From positions 1 through 38,255 of the forward strand of contig NW_021835823.1 in the NCBI RefSeq assembly GCF_006345805.1: DNA of 38,255 bases, given 5' to 3'. Each line of letters opens with the position of its first letter. Position 1 is the first letter of the stretch. The stretch is from Octopus sinensis. Lineage: Eukaryota. The translations under genes and the position numbers were made by a program. The notes beneath the pieces were generated by a model. The model saw only the letters and a program-made list of their open reading frames with translations, was not told the origin of the DNA and did not search any database. This document shows, in pieces, positions 34,080 to 38,255 of this stretch.

Positions 34080-34270
34080 TTGAAGCGGCGAGCTGGCAGA
34101 ATCGTTAGCAAGCTAGGCAAAATGTTTAGCGTTCTGAGTTCAAATTCCGCCGAGGCTGACTTTGCGTTTAAAAACATCTCGGGGTTGATAAAGAAGTACC
34201 AGTTGAGCACTGGCGTCGATGTAATCGACTTACACGCTCCCCCGACTTTCTGGCCTTGTGCCAATATTTG
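34080..34270 (+). mobile_element. SINE family B, alternative tail, internally deleted
   Basis: GCGGCGAGCTGGCAGAATCGTTAGC head; GTTCTGAGTTCAAATTCCGCCGAGG. Confidence 0.85.
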
Positions 34271-34299
34271 AATCCAATGTAGGGAAAAAATAGAAGAAT

Positions 34300-34690
34300 A
34301 GGCACAATACGGCCCTCAAAACCACCACGAAGTGGGTGTTGATTTCAGACTGATGTTTTGAACAATGGACAGCAGCTCGTGCATAAGAATCGAAAAAACA
34401 ATTGCTCAAATCGGTCAGAACGTTCTAGGGAGAAGGTATGAAAGCTAGGTGGTAGTACTCTACCGAGATGATGTATGCTTTCGCTATTTACGCCTGTCCT
34501 TGACCATTATGACCATGACCTCTTCCCCGTTCCTGTTCACCTGGAAGTCTGGTCCGAACTAAACACCGGACAATTTCACCAGACACCCGGTCCAGCGGCA
34601 GAAAACGCTGTTGGTTAACATGGACTTGCTTTTCCAAGACCCTAGCTGCAAACCCTCTAGTTCGACCAGCTTTATGTACGCTCTTGTATT
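34300..34690 (-). mobile_element. Older L1/Tx1-type LINE fragment (post-RT region)
   Basis: Minus frames VKLSGV*FGPDFQVNRNGEEV, IAKAYIISVEYYHL, EQLFFRFL...NQHPLRGGF, homologous to 30810-30900. Confidence 0.65.
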
Positions 34691-34699
34691 TATTGAACT

Positions 34700-35510
34700 G
34701 AAAGGGAGCCGAAAAAGGAGCCAGGAATAAAGAATCAACTCTTAATTGATAATCTAATTACCAGGAACTGCAAGAGAAGACATCCAAAATGAGCATGGCA
34801 TGCGTTGATTATCCCTAAAATATACGATATGATATCGTACTCCTGGATAATAAGAACAATGGAAATATATAGATTAAGGGAGAATATGAAAAGCCTCATA
34901 CGGAATGGCATGAAATGCTTGAGAATCGAATTAACAGCAGGGAAGCCAGTACTAGGAGAGGTGAAAATCCAGAGAGGAATCTTCCAGGAGGACAATGTGT
35001 CCCGACCGATATTCGTGTTGCGAATGTTCCCCTTGAGTGAAATACTACAGAAAACAAGGTTGGGGTATGATCTGGGAAGAGGTAAGGAAAAAACTAAACC
35101 ACTTGCTATTTATGGACGATCTGAAGCTATTCACAAAAAAACTGAGGCACAACTGGACAGCCTTGTCCAGTCTGTTTGGATTTCTTGCAATGATATTACG
35201 ATGGAGTTTGGACTTGCGACGTGTGCTACGATGATGATGAGATGAGGAAAGCTTGCCAGGACAGAAGGCATATGGATACTAAGTAGTGAAAAGATGAAGG
35301 CAATTCAACTTCAAACCAGCTATAAGTTCCTAGGAATACTTGAGGCAGGTGGAATAAAATACCACGACATGAAGGAAAAGAAAAAAAAGACAGTACCTGC
35401 GGCGAGTGAGAAAAATATTAATTTCAAAGCTGAATGCCAGAAGCATAATTTCGGCAAGAAACTCGCTTGCAGTCGCAGTAGTTCGCTATGGCGCTGGAAT
35501 CCTGAAGCAG
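34700..35510 (+). mobile_element. Dong/R4-type LINE reverse transcriptase fragment, frameshifted
   Basis: GEVKIQRGIFQEDNVS, NHLLFMDDLKLF (YxDD-like), MEFGLATCA, YKFLGILEAG. Confidence 0.85.
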
Positions 35511-35511
35511 A

Positions 35512-35812
35512 CAGAAAGGATGAAAGGCAAAGTCGACCTCGGCGGAATTTGAACTCAGAACGTAGCTACAGACGAAATACCTATTTCTTTACCACCCATA
35601 AGGGGCTAAACACAGAGAGGACAAGCAAGGTCAGACAAACGGATAAAGTCGATTATATCGACCCCAGTGCGTAACCGGTACTTAATTTATCGACCCCAAA
35701 AGGATGAAAGGCAAAGTTGACCTCGGCGAAATTTGAACTCAGAACATAACGGCAGACGAAAATGCTGCTAAGCGTTTCGTTCAACGTGCTAACGTTTCTG
35801 CCAGCTCGCCGA
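35512..35812 (-). mobile_element. SINE family B full copy plus truncated headless copy
   Basis: Junction reverse complement GACGAAATACCTATTTCTTTAC at 35571-35592. Confidence 0.88.
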
Positions 35813-36304
35813 CCTATGCAATGCCAATAATATAGCACCGCAAGGTCCTTATATTGCAAGAGTTTACAGACAGAACATATAGACGCAGAATTCATGTTTT
35901 CAATAACGTTGCGCCATCAAATCTATCGTGATTGGTCGATTGCGAGGAAATCTTTTATTGGTTTGTTAGCTACTTGTGATATGACGGTGGAAACTTTGCT
36001 TGAAAATACGAGATGACTTTTCGCTATCAGTAATCTGTATTGAGTGATTGGTTCACTTAGTCTCTCGCGTTACTTAAAGTAACAGCTCCTCGGGCATGCA
36101 AAGATTCTATATGTCCGTGGAGCCTGTATTCTTTCTTTCGAATCCTCGAAATTTTAAAGGACCATGAGGAGCTAATTGAACCTGTTACTTCATAAATACA
36201 ACTCTAAATATATGTGTTGAGTACTACTTCTGTCCATCTATTCACTCACTCGTAGATGCACATATGCACACACACGTACACACACACAGAGTCACTACAC
36301 GCAT

Positions 36305-36460
36305 TTTTCTCTGCATTTCTTTCTGTGTCCCTTTCTGTAGAAGAGCGTAGGCTCGAAACGTAAGAGGCTTTTTCTATTCCAGAGTTTTATACTAATACAT
36401 ATGTTTGTTTTGTAAACCACTTGTCTTCGTCTTTTGTTTTTTTCGTGAACTCTCCCTATA
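36305..36460 (+). ncRNA. Second copy of the hammerhead-like short repeat
   Basis: CCTTT-CTGTAGA-A-GAGC GTAG GCTC-GAAAC-GTA-AGAGG at 36330-36367; downstream sequence matches 27270-27350. Confidence 0.45.
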
Positions 36461-36464
36461 TATA

Positions 36465-37100
36465 AGGTAAAGACCCCCTTCGGTCATGAGTGACCATGGG
36501 TTTGCACCGAGAGAGTTACCCTCTGAGGCACAAGTCTGGGCAAGGTTGTTTTTTATGGAAGACCAGTAGTCGCCCACGCATACCGGCCTCCCCTCTCCAC
36601 GCCGCCAGTGTTATCCAAGGGAAAGACAAAGGTCGATACAGCTTGGCACCTGTGACGTCGCAACTCATTTCTACAGCTGAGTGAACTGGAGCAACGTGAA
36701 ATAAAGTGTCTTGCTCAAGAACACACATATATATATATATATATATGTATATATTTATATGCTGAGGCTTCCTTCGGTCATGAATGACCGTGGGATGATT
36801 GCACCTAGAAAGTTACCCTCCCAGGCACAAGTCCGGGCAAAATTGTTTATGGAAGGCCAGCAGTCGCCCATGTATACCAGCCTCCCATCACCACACCACT
36901 GATGTTATCCAAGGGAAAGGAAAAAGGGCCGATACAGCTTGGCACCTGTGACGTCGCAACTCATTTCTACAGCTGAGTGAACTGGAGGAACGTGAAATAA
37001 AGTGTCTTGCTCAAGAACACAATACGCTGCCTGGTCCGGGATTCGAACTCACAACCTCACAATCGTAAGCTCGACGCTCTAACTACTGAGCCATGCCCTA

Positions 37101-37186
<86 letters not shown>

Positions 37187-37432
37187 ATATATATATATTC
37201 ATACCAGCCGCCCATGCATACCAGCCTCCCCTCTCCACGCCACCAGTGTTACCCAAGGGAAAGGCAGAGGCCGATACAGCTTAGCACCTGTGACGTCACA
37301 ACTCATTTCTATAGCTGAGTGAACTGGAGCAACGTGAAATAAAGTGTCTTGCTCAAGAACACAACACGCAGCCCGGTCCGGAATTCGAACTCACAACCTC
37401 ACGGTCGTAAGCTCGGCATTGTAACCACACAC
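36465..37432 (-). mobile_element. Three head-to-tail SINE family D copies (about 36465-36725, 36763-37100, 37201-37432)
   Basis: The middle copy has tRNA head TGGCTCAGTAGTTAGAGCG...GAGTTCGAATCCC and CORE-like GTGTTCTTGAGCAAGACACTT. Confidence 0.9.
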
Positions 37433-37450
37433 ACACACAGACATATATAT

Positions 37451-37842
37451 GCTCTTTTACTCTTTTATTTGTTTCAGTCATTTGATTGCGGCCATGCTGG
37501 AGCACCACCTTTAATCGAGCAACTCGACCTCGGGACTTATTCTTTTGTAAGCCCAGTACTTATTCTATCGGTCTCTTTTACCGAACCGCTAAGTAACGGG
37601 GACATAAACACACCAGCATCAGTTGTCAAGCAATGCTAAGGGGACAAACACGCAAACACACACACGCATATACATACATATATTCGACGGGCTTCTTTCA
37701 GTTTCCGTCTACCTAATCCACTCACAAGGCTTTGGTCGGTCCGAGGCTAGAGTAGAAGACACTTGCCCAAGGTGCCGCACAGTGGGACTGAACCCGGAAC
37801 CGTGTGGTTGGTAAGCAAGCTACTTACCACACAACCACTCCT
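37451..37842 (-). mobile_element. SINE family C, full length
   Basis: Reverse complement of 25944-26352. Confidence 0.92.
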
Positions 37843-38255
37843 ACGTGCACATACATACATATTGGCATAGGTACGTACGTATTTATGTGTAAGCATATAT
37901 GCATGAAAGACTATGAGTCTGATACTACCAACTACCCTCGATTACCGCCACACGTTTAACACTTAATATGGATTAGTGCAGCATGAGATTAAATGCGTAC
38001 AAGGACGTCTCTTTTTCTGTGTGTGTGTGTACGTGTGTATACGCACGTGTTTGTGTGAGTGTGTATATTTGTGCACGCTCACATATGTATCCATAAAACA
38101 TCCACCGATGAGGATGACGGCGGTAGCGGTGATGCGGATCACGACGAAGGAGAGAAAAGAGAGAGAAAACATGGCAGCGAAGGGTTGCGCGGGGGAAGGA
38201 AGTAAAAGACAGACAAAACGTACCATTCGACCCTTCCTCCCCTACACCAACTTAC

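Noticed and set aside
1-38255. Most ORFs in the supplied track ([16 protein letters not shown], poly-Y/L/I/K)
   Set aside because: They are translations of di-, tri- and tetranucleotide microsatellites.

Overview
Eukaryotic, AT-rich, repeat-dominated DNA; no prokaryotic genes, rRNA, true tRNA genes or CRISPR arrays. Most listed ORFs are microsatellite translation artefacts. The repeat families best fit a coleoid cephalopod (Octopus-like; my recollection, not a database hit). Contents: about 25 copies of four tRNA-headed SINE families (labelled A-D here); two mariner elements (one near full length, one internally deleted); a hAT-like MITE; Penelope-like (GIY-YIG) fragments with hammerhead-like motifs; Dong/R4-type LINE fragments in (AAT)n arrays; three L1/Tx1-type fragments, two bracketed by (CTAT)n; and an unexplained 1.2-kb AT-rich foldback. 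A phase-consistent chain of short minus-strand exons suggests an unrecognised host gene, only moderately supported. Most interesting: a linked retroelement system in which a (CTAT)n-associated L1/Tx1 LINE shares its 3' tail with SINE-B, and SINE-B forms tandem arrays through the same junction at three separate loci.
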